A stretch of 64,000 bases of DNA from an uncultured cyanobacterium. Lineage in GTDB: Bacteria; Cyanobacteriota; Cyanobacteriia; Cyanobacteriales; CAWCAG01. The DNA lies in the NCBI GenBank assembly GCA_963793425.1, contig CAWCAG010000003.1, positions 39,085 through 103,084 of the forward strand, read 5' to 3'. The translations under genes and the position numbers were made by a program. Of this stretch, positions 30,569-39,556 are shown piece by piece. The first letter of the stretch is position 1. The number at the start of each line of letters is the position of its first letter. The notes below the pieces were generated by a model. That model did no database searches. It saw only the letters and a program-made list of their open reading frames with translations, and had not been told where the DNA came from.

Positions 30569-30676
30569 GACTAGTTTTACCCCCAATTACTGTTTTTGCC
30601 CCTAGCTTTTGCCATTAACAGCAGCTAGGGGCATTCTTATCATCCCTAAAAGCCCGAAAAGGGGGTAAAACTAGTC
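30569..30676. repeat. Nested inverted repeats downstream of rep; candidate origin
   Basis: GACTAGTTTTACCCCC 30569-30584 pairs with 30661-30676 (16 bp) and encloses TGCCCCTAGCT 30597-30607 / 30623-30633 (11 bp). Confidence 0.7.
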
Positions 30677-30971
30677 TCCTTTTAAAGGAAAACTGCGTTT
30701 GTTGACAACAAAACTAAGGGTGGACAGGGGTGAAAATTAATTTTGTAGGGTGAGGCTATCTGGCTACCCAAAGTATCTACTGCAAAGGGATTAGAGATAG
30801 ACACCTCGCACTATGTTTATATAACAACCAGGGGTAGATGCTCCCTTTTTTTGTAGATTAGCTTGGTTGAGCAATTCTCAATAATAGGAAGTAGAGGATC
30901 TTTGAATTTAGTAGTCTGTCAATTAGAAATCGACGGGTAAGCGCCGAGACCCCGCGTCGGCGTAAGACGGG

Positions 30972-31670
30972 CTAAAGAGTAAGCTCGTGGGTCTGAGATT
31001 TTTGCTGAGAAATTTGTTTCTGTTTGTCTCTTTCAGCCTTAAAATCTCTAATTTTAGGAGCTACTTTTTTCTCGAAATACTGGGCTTTTTCTTCAGTTAA
31101 AGTACTTCCTTTATCAAGCCAAACTTCCCTCTTGCTATCCCATTGGGCCACCATAACGGTAGTGTCTTGATTCTTATCAATTAAAGTAAGGCAGTTGGTT
31201 TGGGGGTTCCAACGAGCGGAGTGATTTTCTCCTTCTACCTTATGGCTCCGAGAAGATACCACACCAAACCAAGAAGATACTACCGGGGCAGTACGTTCAA
31301 TTAGAGACTGCTGGTCAACAAGAGGTTTTTCTGTTGGCACATTAGACTCTTTAATTTCTTCTAGGGACGAAGAAGTTTCTATCTCTTGTCCTATGGCTTC
31401 GCGTAGCTGAGTTCTCTTGTCTGGTGGCGGAGAAGTATTTTTCCTGATCTTAACTTCTGAGTCTGTTTGAGGTTGTGGTTCGAGAGTTTCTTGTTTCTGT
31501 TCTGGTTGAAAGTAACTATGCTCTGGTGTTAAATGAGGTTCGAGAGTTTCTGCTACTGCTGGTAAGGTGTATTTACTACCAAGCTGATAACCAGCAAAAC
31601 TAGGAGAAAGTCTAAGTGTAATAGAACGCGAACGAGACTTATCTGGGGAATGCTTCTTTGTGTCAGCCAT
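30972..31670 (-). CDS. Protein sharing the C-terminal domain of the relaxase at 55386 but lacking a relaxase domain
   Basis: QQSLIERTAPVVSSW...HSARWN..TNCLTL...LTEEK aligns with the relaxase C-terminus. Confidence 0.7.
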   Translation of the reverse strand: MADTKKHSPDKSRSRSITLRLSPSFAGYQLGSKYTLPAVAETLEPHLTPEHSYFQPEQKQETLEPQPQTDSEVKIRKNTSPPPDKRTQLREAIGQEIETSSSLEEIKESNVPTEKPLVDQQSLIERTAPVVSSWFGVVSSRSHKVEGENHSARWNPQTNCLTLIDKNQDTTVMVAQWDSKREVWLDKGSTLTEEKAQYFEKKVAPKIRDFKAERDKQKQISQQKSQTHELTL

Positions 31671-31928
31671 ACAAAAAATAAATTAACTGTAAACCTCAAA
31701 AAGAGTTCCAAATCGTATATGATGAAATAGAAGCAGACAAACTGAAAAAAACAATCGCTTCTGAATTAGTTTTCAAAAAGTTTGTCGGCTAATCAACAGA
31801 AACTATCACCATTGACAAAAGAGGAAATACCTCAAAAAGAGCTTGTGAGACAAAAACATAGCTTGATTTAAGAATGTATTATACTACAAAAAAACTACTT
31901 AGGCTAAGAAAGCAGCAAAAACCCAGAA

Positions 31929-32130
31929 AATGTAACGGTTATGTCACTAACGAGTGTTTGTAATAGCAGTACTATGTAATTACCATGTGACTTTTCCCCT
32001 GCAACTGGGCAAAATGGGTCTTATTTTGCCTGTGTAGCACAGATGTAATATGTAAAAATAGAGGAAAATGTAACTTTAGTGTTACGGTTGAGTACCTGAA
32101 ATGTAATTACCATGTGACTATTATGTCACT
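31929..32130 (+). repeat. ATGT(A/G/C)A boxes in 11-bp-spaced groups; candidate parC-like site or operator (copy A)
   Basis: For example ATGTAA-TTACC-ATGTGA-CTATT-ATGTCA at 32101-32128; block duplicated at about 57099-57300. Confidence 0.6.
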
Positions 32131-32162
32131 GGCAAAAAGCCCGTTTTCGGTTAATAAAGAAA

Positions 32163-32648
32163 ATGAATCAGAAAAAAAATTCCCGAAAAGTTTTTCGATA
32201 TACCTTAACTTCTGTCACAGGTGTTGACACGAAGAACAATACCTTGATTAATTATCTACAGAAAAGATGGAACAATAAGAAACTTCGCAAAGAAGAAGTA
32301 ACTAAAACTATTGAAGCGAGAATCATGGCCCTAGCTTTATTAGAGAAATATCAGGGAGATGATGAAGCTCTACAACAAAACAAAGAGAAAATTCTGTTTG
32401 CAGCGATAGAATCAATCATGGGAATGAATGTTTTTATCATGGCTATTAAAGATGCCATTAAGAAAGATTTGGGTATCGAGATTGGTGATTTGTTGCACCA
32501 AACAGATGTCTATGGTTTAGAATCTTCGGGTGAAGCTGATGAAAGTAATCATGATACTCAGCCAAGCAGTAGCAGTGAAGATGATTCTAGAAGAGAAAAA
32601 GCTTTTAGAGAAAAGAAACAAGAAATAGAGACAATGTTTGGTGCTTGA
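32163..32648 (+). CDS. 161-aa hypothetical protein with acidic tail, possibly ParR-like (copy A)
   Basis: Nearly identical to 57332..57817; basic N-terminus, acidic C-terminus, preceded by an iteron-like block. Confidence 0.65.
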   Translation: MNQKKNSRKVFRYTLTSVTGVDTKNNTLINYLQKRWNNKKLRKEEVTKTIEARIMALALLEKYQGDDEALQQNKEKILFAAIESIMGMNVFIMAIKDAIKKDLGIEIGDLLHQTDVYGLESSGEADESNHDTQPSSSSEDDSRREKAFREKKQEIETMFGA

Positions 32649-32711
32649 GTAGGAAAATACAGGCAGTGGTTGCACCATAAGGATTTAAACTTTAGTGTAA
32701 GCTTGGCTATC

Positions 32712-32766
32712 AAACCAGATAACCAGATAGCCAAAGAACCAGACAGCCAGAAAACCAGATAACTAG
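32712..32766 (+). repeat. AACCAGAT-type 8-mer tandem repeats; candidate centromere
   Basis: Tandem A(A/G)CCAGA units immediately before parA, recurring at about 33404-33460 and 33615-33650. Confidence 0.75.
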
Positions 32767-33360
32767 ATGAAAATTATCACGGTAACAGGATATAAAGGTG
32801 GTGTGGCCAAAAGTACAACAGCGATTCATCTTGCTGCGTTTTTGAGTGGCCATGGGGAAACTCTTCTTGTAGATGGCGACTCTAATCGTACTGCTCTAGA
32901 GTGGTCTAAACGAGGACAAATGCCTTTCCGAACTGTTGACCAACGACAATCGATGAAAGCTATGAATAAGGCTGAGTACATCGTCATTGATACTCCTGCA
33001 CGTCCCAATTCTGATGATTTAACGGAACTCGCAGAGGGTGGCGACCTACTAATTCTGCCAACTAAGCCTGATGTGGTGAGTTTAGAACCAATGTTAGAAA
33101 CAGCTAAAGCTCTGGGTGAGGCTAAGTATTACATACTTCTAACGGTTGTCCCTCCTTATCCAAGCAAAGAGGGAGAAGTCCTAAAAAAGGAATTGCTTGA
33201 AGGGGGGCTTCCTGTGTTCAAAAGTACGATTCGTCGTACCGTAGGTTTTGAAAAAGCTGCTTTGGCAGGTGTCCCTATAGGTGGATTAGAAGGTGCTAGG
33301 TTTGATAAGGCTTGGCAAGATTATGTTCGTTTTGGCGAAGAAGTTCTAGAGGTATTGTGA
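32767..33360 (+). CDS. parA: ParA family partition ATPase (second type)
   Basis: GYKGGVAKST, LLVDGDSN, IVIDTPARP. Confidence 0.9.
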   Translation: MKIITVTGYKGGVAKSTTAIHLAAFLSGHGETLLVDGDSNRTALEWSKRGQMPFRTVDQRQSMKAMNKAEYIVIDTPARPNSDDLTELAEGGDLLILPTKPDVVSLEPMLETAKALGEAKYYILLTVVPPYPSKEGEVLKKELLEGGLPVFKSTIRRTVGFEKAALAGVPIGGLEGARFDKAWQDYVRFGEEVLEVL

Positions 33361-33632
33361 TGGGCAAATACAAAGACCTAATTGACAAAGCTAAAAAAAC
33401 AAAAAACCAGGCAAGCAAGAAACCAGATGACCAGAAGTCTGGTAAACCAGAAAACCAGATAAAGGATGAAGAAGCTCAATTACCTGAAGAGAAAGAGGTA
33501 AACCTCTGTATCAAAGTTCCTATTTCCTTAAGACAGCATTGGGCAGCAGAGGCTAAACGGCAAGGGACAACAATGACCTCTGTGATTGTAGAAGCTTTGA
33601 GCGATAAATTTGGTAAACCAGATAACTGGTAA
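33360..33632 (+). CDS. RHH partition adaptor
   Basis: ATG overlaps the parA stop (TGATG); VNLCIKVPISLRQHWAAEAKRQGTTMTSVIVEAL. Confidence 0.75.
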   Translation: MGKYKDLIDKAKKTKNQASKKPDDQKSGKPENQIKDEEAQLPEEKEVNLCIKVPISLRQHWAAEAKRQGTTMTSVIVEALSDKFGKPDNW

Positions 33633-33682
33633 ACCAGATAACTAGATAGATAGTTTTGTTGAACCCTCTGCTGTTCCCAAGC

Positions 33683-34560
33683 TTATTGAGTGGATACTGA
33701 ATCTGTTTTTTTAGAAGTCTTTGACTGTTTCTCCTTGATGTCCTTCTTTCTAAAAGGTTTAAGAAATTTGGGAATCTTCTTAGTTGGCTTTTCAAGTACT
33801 TCTTCAACCACATAGACACCATCACGGAAACTAGCTTTAACTTGGACAAAGTACCTCTTCATCTTCGAGTTTTTATCCTTTTGAGGGTCAAACTTGAATG
33901 GTTCTACCGGAGCATCATCCCAAACTACAGGGATATGATTAGGTTTGAGTAAAGAGAGTTGTTGTTGTATTGATAATTTCTTAATCGCACCTAATACCTC
34001 TTGATTGCGGTAAATAGAAATGACTGGGGAAGAGGACTTGGGAATAAACTGCCAAATACCACGAAGTATAAAGTCCCGGTCAGACTCATCAGTTACGTCA
34101 CACTCTGAGTTGAAGGCGACCAGGGAAAAATAAGGTTTGGGCTGCAAAAGTGAGGGTTTATATTGAGCATGGGGATAAAGCTTAAGAAGCATCGGTCTAG
34201 AACCGTTGTTTTCTAACTCAGCTTTAAGTAAATTATGGACTTTCCTTCTCAATCTTCCCCAAAGTAAATCATAGGAGTGTTCATCAATAGTGACTTTGAG
34301 AAGCTCGTCCTGAATAAACGGAGTAGCAATAATAGCACCTATTGCTTGGAACAGAGGAGGCTTTATTTCTGGTAGTGTTTCTGGCGGTGCTTTTTTTTCT
34401 AACTGAGATGATGGTTTAGTTTCAACAGATGTGGAGACTGAAGTAGATTGAGGAGGTTCAGTCGATTGAGATGTTTCAACAGTAGTCTTATTCGTCTTGG
34501 TCTTTTCGTGATTTTTAGTAGTCTTAGTATTGTTATTGGTTTTAGTAGTCTTAGTAGTTT
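33683..34560 (-). pseudogene. Hypothetical gene truncated at its 5' end by IS630
   Basis: The frame of ORF 33683..34252 stays open up to the IS boundary (TTKTTKTNN...PLFQAIGAI...) with no ATG in that stretch. Confidence 0.7.
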
Positions 34561-35741
34561 TAAGCTGTTAAGCATTTAAACTGTGATAATAGCATTGCCT
34601 TTATTTTTGAGCTTTCGTCCCCATTTAATAATTAAGCCACCTTCGTTTAGCAGCTTATGTAGTAAACACTCTAATTCTTCAATAGACTTAAAGAGTCGAT
34701 TAGCAATATATTCTTTGGCTGAATGCCAAACTAGTTCAATTAAGTTATAATCTGGGCTATATTCTGGTAAATATTCTAAGTGAATATTCGGCATTTCCCC
34801 TTCTATCTTCTGAATATATTCTTTCTTTTTATGAAAACTAGCGTTATCGAGAATAATCACTATCTTAGGTCCTTTTTCATCAAATTCTTCTCTTTTATTT
34901 CCCCCTTCAATCCATTCATTGATTATCTCTTGGTAAAAGCTTTTTAGAACTTCATAAAAATTCTTGCTATTGCTTTTATCAAGGAAATCGACAAATCTTT
35001 TTTTATCTGAGTGACGCAATGCTCCCATAACGTTAACTCTCCCTTTCCTTCTATCTCCTCTGACTTTTCTACGCTTTCCTTTTTCAGACCAATTTTTCCT
35101 TCTAATCACTCTTAAACTGAAACCACTCTCGTCCCAAAACCAGACCTGGACAAGCTCTGGCTTCTCTTTTTCTGTCTTTAAATACTCATCTATTTTCTTC
35201 TGAAAAGCTTTTCTTTTTTGAGGGTCGCTCTTTTTCTCTAAGCTATATTTTGTCCATAGATAAACGTACTTTTTTCTTGCTAAAATTCTCCTTACTTGGG
35301 AACCGCTTAATTTTATACCTGTTACTTCTTCTAAATATGTTGCTAATCTTTGGGCTGACCATCTCCCAAACTCATATCCTAATTCTTGCGGCTCTTTTTC
35401 TATTGTTTCTAATAATATTTCTATATATTTCTCTGTTGCTTTTTGATGATTCCCTTTCATCCTTTCGTCTTTAAGACTCTCTAAGTTGTCTGGGTCTCCA
35501 TGGACGCACCAGTAGCAGACTTTATTCTTTGAGCAACCGACAAATTCAGCAATATCTTGCTGGGTTTTACCATCATTTAGTAATAGTAAGATGAGAATTC
35601 TTTCTCTAATATTCCCATTTTCTTCTCTCTTTAGAGCTTTTTGTAGCTTTTCTTTTTGTTCTGATGTGAGATGATTTTTGGCTGGCATTTTACGCTGATT
35701 TTGATTTTAGATTATACCCTATTTAAAAGCATGACAGCTTA
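34561..35741 (-). mobile_element. IS630-family element (copy 1 of 2)
   Basis: Terminal repeats TAAGCTGTTAAGCATTTAAA and TTTAAAAGCATGACAGCTTA; near-identical to 62820..64000. Confidence 0.92.
34576..35688 (-). CDS. IS630 transposase
   Basis: WDESGF, LDNASFH, PEYSPDYNLIE. Confidence 0.93.
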   Translation of the reverse strand: MPAKNHLTSEQKEKLQKALKREENGNIRERILILLLLNDGKTQQDIAEFVGCSKNKVCYWCVHGDPDNLESLKDERMKGNHQKATEKYIEILLETIEKEPQELGYEFGRWSAQRLATYLEEVTGIKLSGSQVRRILARKKYVYLWTKYSLEKKSDPQKRKAFQKKIDEYLKTEKEKPELVQVWFWDESGFSLRVIRRKNWSEKGKRRKVRGDRRKGRVNVMGALRHSDKKRFVDFLDKSNSKNFYEVLKSFYQEIINEWIEGGNKREEFDEKGPKIVIILDNASFHKKKEYIQKIEGEMPNIHLEYLPEYSPDYNLIELVWHSAKEYIANRLFKSIEELECLLHKLLNEGGLIIKWGRKLKNKGNAIITV

Positions 35742-36616
35742 GCCCAGAAATCATCACGTCGATAGACTACTTGTTGCTTTTTCGCTTTACCGTCGCTGTT
35801 GAAAACAGTAATGCTACTCTTTTTACCAAAGGGAGGATTAGTCAGCACCATTTCAAAGCGATCACTTAAATCAGACATCAAGCTATCTTTAGCTTCTACG
35901 GGACTTTCATCACCACTAATACCATGTAAATAAAGGTTCATCGCACAAAGGCGTACTACTCCATCAGCCACATCTAAACCTTTAAAAGTTTGGTGTTTAA
36001 TGAATTCTTTTTGGGCTTTGTCGAGGCGATAACTGTTGTGTAAATAGCGATGGGCTACCAGGAAAAAGCCACCCGTACCACAAGCGGGGTCACAGATACG
36101 CTGGTCTGGTTGCGGGTGCATCACTTCTACCATTGCTTCAATGAGGGAACGGGGAGTAAAATACTGACCTACACCACTTTTAGTATCTTCTGCGTTTTTT
36201 TGTAAGAGTCCCTCGTAAATTTCTCCTTTAACATCAATATTTAAACCCATCCAAGTTTCAGAGTTAATCAAACTAATAAGGCGTTTAAGTTTGGCGGGGT
36301 CTTGGATTTTGTTTTGGGATTTACGGAAGATGACTCCTAAAAGTCCTTTAGCTTTGCCTAATTCTTCTAAGGTTTTACGGTATTGAGTTTCTAGGGCTTC
36401 ACCATCTTTATTTAAAAGAGACTGCCAGTTATGAGTTTCGGGAATGGATGAAGGTTTAGCTAAAGGTGGTGGTAGTCGGGTTTGTTCGTCTACCATTTTG
36501 AGAAAAAGTAGGTAAGTAAGCTGTTCTACATAATCGCTATAGCTTACACCGTCATCTCTGAGGACATTGCAGTAGTTCCAGAGTTTCTGGACAATGGTAG
36601 AGGACTGATTGGTCAT
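35723..36616 (-). pseudogene. hsdM: Type I R-M methyltransferase subunit, C-terminally truncated by IS630
   Basis: GQYFTPR, DPACGTGGF, TNPPF. The frame enters the IS after DDFWA, and the remainder is not found on the other side of the IS. Confidence 0.88.
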
Positions 36617-36638
36617 ATTAAGCAACTAATAAGTTTTT

Positions 36639-37019
36639 TTAGACTAAATCGAGGTTAGTTTGGGCAAATTCGAGCATAGTTTCAGCCTGCTCGATTAGTT
36701 CTTTGGCATCATCTTTAGTTATGTTAGCGTCAGTATTATAGTCTCCTTGTAGACGCATTGTTTCTGCTTCAATTAAGTAACGATGAAACTCTACTGGTAG
36801 TCTTTTTTTGCTAGCAAATTCTCGACCAAAAGCACCGATAACAGCAGAGTGTTTAGAAAAAGATAGACCCTCTTTGAGTAAGAAAGCTTCGGCAATATAA
36901 AACATAGAATAATAAGCACGAGAAGCACTAAAATCAGGATAACCATCCTCGTTGATTTTCCTAGCTACTTCTAAACTTCTTGTTGCTTTATCTAATAGCT
37001 TTGCCTGCTCTTGATTCAT
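36639..37019 (-). CDS. HEPN domain protein
   Basis: SRAYYSMF...FSKHSAVI..F...RLQGDY; coupled to the MNT gene. Confidence 0.85.
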   Translation of the reverse strand: MNQEQAKLLDKATRSLEVARKINEDGYPDFSASRAYYSMFYIAEAFLLKEGLSFSKHSAVIGAFGREFASKKRLPVEFHRYLIEAETMRLQGDYNTDANITKDDAKELIEQAETMLEFAQTNLDLV

Positions 37020-37363
37020 ACCTCTCTACCTTCTTTTCTAATATTGCGGTAGTAGTTATTTTCGTAGTTTTCTAATCTTTCTAAGCTAGAGAAGTTACAG
37101 CTAATAACAGCATCGTATTTTAAGCAAAGTTCTGTGATAAAGTGGCTAACTTTCTTAATTTCACTAAAAAGATGAAAGTCTTTTTTAAGAACTACTAATA
37201 TATCAATATCAGAGTCTGGCTGTGCGTCGCCTCTGGCTTGGGAACCATAGAGGATGATTTTTGCTAGTTGTTGTTGATAAATATTTTCTAAGTAGGATTT
37301 TAGTTCTTTAAGTATGTTATTTACTGGGACAGAAAGTTTTGGTTTTGTTGCTTGGTTTAGCAT
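37016..37363 (-). CDS. Minimal nucleotidyltransferase (MNT)
   Basis: LYGSQARGDAQPDSDIDILV. Confidence 0.88.
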   Translation of the reverse strand: MLNQATKPKLSVPVNNILKELKSYLENIYQQQLAKIILYGSQARGDAQPDSDIDILVVLKKDFHLFSEIKKVSHFITELCLKYDAVISCNFSSLERLENYENNYYRNIRKEGREV

Positions 37364-37386
37364 AAATTTAGTTTTTTTTATAAGGT

Positions 37387-37950
37387 TTATTTATCAATAT
37401 CAACTGTGTGAGAATATAGATTTCTAATTTCCATCTTGGCTAAATCAATGGTGAATCTGTATTTGCTAGATACTGAACCAAAATGATGACCGTAGTAAGT
37501 ACTAAATGCGGTAATCCAAGTACTATCGCTATGTTCTTGTTTAAATGCTCTTAAACGCTGTTCATCATTTAAACAAAGACATCCCAATCCGTCAGTATCT
37601 ACAGGTAAAGTATTATCTTTAAGGTGAAACCCATCTTGAGTTTTCCAAGGGTCAGAGGAAGATTCCCGTTCTAATAATTGCAGGGGTTTTCCTTGAAACC
37701 AGAAAGTTAGCATGATGCCATATTCAAGCCAATCAACACCAGGGCCAGCCCGATGACAAGTTTCTGCTAATTTAGCTACTAAATACTCACCGCGATCGCC
37801 TTCAATTTGGGGTAAGAAAAGAAAGTTAACTTCTCCTAGATTTCCTGTGAAGATTATGCCAGGGTCACTGTGGGGAGAATCAAGAAATATTTGTCTGGCT
37901 TTTTCTCTATTTTCAGCGAAAGTATCCATACAATTTCTATCCCAAATCAT
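37387..37950 (-). CDS. Hypothetical protein inside the R-M operon
   Basis: 187-aa ORF overlapping the hsdS stop, co-directional with the operon. Confidence 0.6.
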   Translation of the reverse strand: MIWDRNCMDTFAENREKARQIFLDSPHSDPGIIFTGNLGEVNFLFLPQIEGDRGEYLVAKLAETCHRAGPGVDWLEYGIMLTFWFQGKPLQLLERESSSDPWKTQDGFHLKDNTLPVDTDGLGCLCLNDEQRLRAFKQEHSDSTWITAFSTYYGHHFGSVSSKYRFTIDLAKMEIRNLYSHTVDIDK

Positions 37951-39556
37951 TGTTTTTGATGTCTAGTTCTAGTTGTTTAGTTTTGCTAGTTTTTTGACGC
38001 TTTTTAGTAGTTTTTCTGGTTTTCTTTTTTGCTTTCTGCTTGGCTTCTCTTTGGGCTTTTTCTGCTTTGATGCGTTCTAGTAGTTTGCTGGCTGGTTCAT
38101 CTTTGGGGTCTTGGGGTACTAGTTGACCAGTGAAAGCTTGTTTTAAGATGCTTTGACGTAGTTTTTCGGAGCGTTTGAGGTTGGTTTCTATGGTTTTTTC
38201 TAAGTGGTCTATAATTGAAAACTTTTCTTCAATTTCTACAACGATTTCCTTCTGTTCAGTTGTAGAAAATAGTGGGACAGGCATTTGATTTAGTGTTTCG
38301 AGGTTAATCCCTGTATAAGCAATACCTTTCGTATGTCTAGAAAGCCAATTTTGTACTACACTGGAGCCTATCATAATTGCATAACATTCTGAGTAAATAC
38401 TACGGGATGGGACAATCAGTCCTATTTCTCTTGAAATGTTATATCCCTGGCACTTTTGAGGGACAGAAATAACCCCTCCCAGTGTTCCTCTTATAGTAAC
38501 TAAAACTTCTTCTCCATTTAAAATAGTTCTGTTATATTTATTGGAAATTATGGGAGATATTCTTTTAATTCCTTTTAGGTCTAATTTTAAATATCTAACA
38601 TTACTAGATCGTAATGTAGGCACTCCGTTTTCTATATGTTGACCTAATTTAATAACACCATAAGTAATGTTTCTTGAAGCATCATTTATTTGTTCTGCAC
38701 TCACCCAACACCAACCATCAGGCAACTCAGGTAAATCAGACGTATCTGGTGCAACTGGTTCTTTATATTTCTGCTTCCATTTATCATTTTTAGGAGTTTT
38801 ACCCTTAGCTTCCATTTTCGCTAACTCGTCAGCTTCCCACTTCTCGCGGCGCTGTTTAAGTATGCGCTTAAGTAAGTCCGAAGCTGGTTCTAATTCTCCT
38901 TGATGTGCTTCTCGCCATTCCTTGGTTAAGTTGCCTTCAACTGCTGCTTTTAATACTGCCTGACGGTAACGTTTTAATTTGGTTTTTAGTTTGTTGAGTA
39001 GTTCAATTCCTGCATCTAATTTGCTGAAAAGTTCCTCTATTTTGGCAACGATGCGATGCTGTTCGTTGAGGGGAGGAAGAGGAATATTTATTTTCTTTAT
39101 TCTAAACAACGCTAGTTTAGGCTGATTAGTAGAAATGGTTAGGAATTTAATTTGTTCCTGAACAAAATTAGAACTTAATAAATAACAAATAAACTTTTTA
39201 CTGAGGTTACATATATTTGTGATTTTAGCTGCGTTTTCAGTTAGATTCGCCCCACTTAGATAAGCTGGGATGAAGCCAACTTTTCCTATTGAGCCTGCGA
39301 TTGAGATGTATAAATCTTGGTGTGAGATTGTATAGTTGGCAATTTTTTCATGAGTTTCTAGCTCAATAAACTTCAAATTGCTCAAATGTACGGTATAGTT
39401 ACCAAAATCAATTACTCTTATATATGGATATTTGGTATGATTTTCTGCATATTCATAACCTTTAGGAAGACGTTTTCCTCCTTTTACTTGAGAAACATTT
39501 CCTACCGTTGTCCACACCCAACCTTCAGGCAAATCATACAAACCCTCACCCATCAC
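37937..39556 (-). CDS. hsdS: Type I R-M specificity subunit
   Basis: LPEGWVW and LPDGWCW repeats, PLPPLNEQHRIV, LRQSILKQAFTGQLVPQDP. Confidence 0.92.
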   Translation of the reverse strand: MMGEGLYDLPEGWVWTTVGNVSQVKGGKRLPKGYEYAENHTKYPYIRVIDFGNYTVHLSNLKFIELETHEKIANYTISHQDLYISIAGSIGKVGFIPAYLSGANLTENAAKITNICNLSKKFICYLLSSNFVQEQIKFLTISTNQPKLALFRIKKINIPLPPLNEQHRIVAKIEELFSKLDAGIELLNKLKTKLKRYRQAVLKAAVEGNLTKEWREAHQGELEPASDLLKRILKQRREKWEADELAKMEAKGKTPKNDKWKQKYKEPVAPDTSDLPELPDGWCWVSAEQINDASRNITYGVIKLGQHIENGVPTLRSSNVRYLKLDLKGIKRISPIISNKYNRTILNGEEVLVTIRGTLGGVISVPQKCQGYNISREIGLIVPSRSIYSECYAIMIGSSVVQNWLSRHTKGIAYTGINLETLNQMPVPLFSTTEQKEIVVEIEEKFSIIDHLEKTIETNLKRSEKLRQSILKQAFTGQLVPQDPKDEPASKLLERIKAEKAQREAKQKAKKKTRKTTKKRQKTSKTKQLELDIKNNDLG

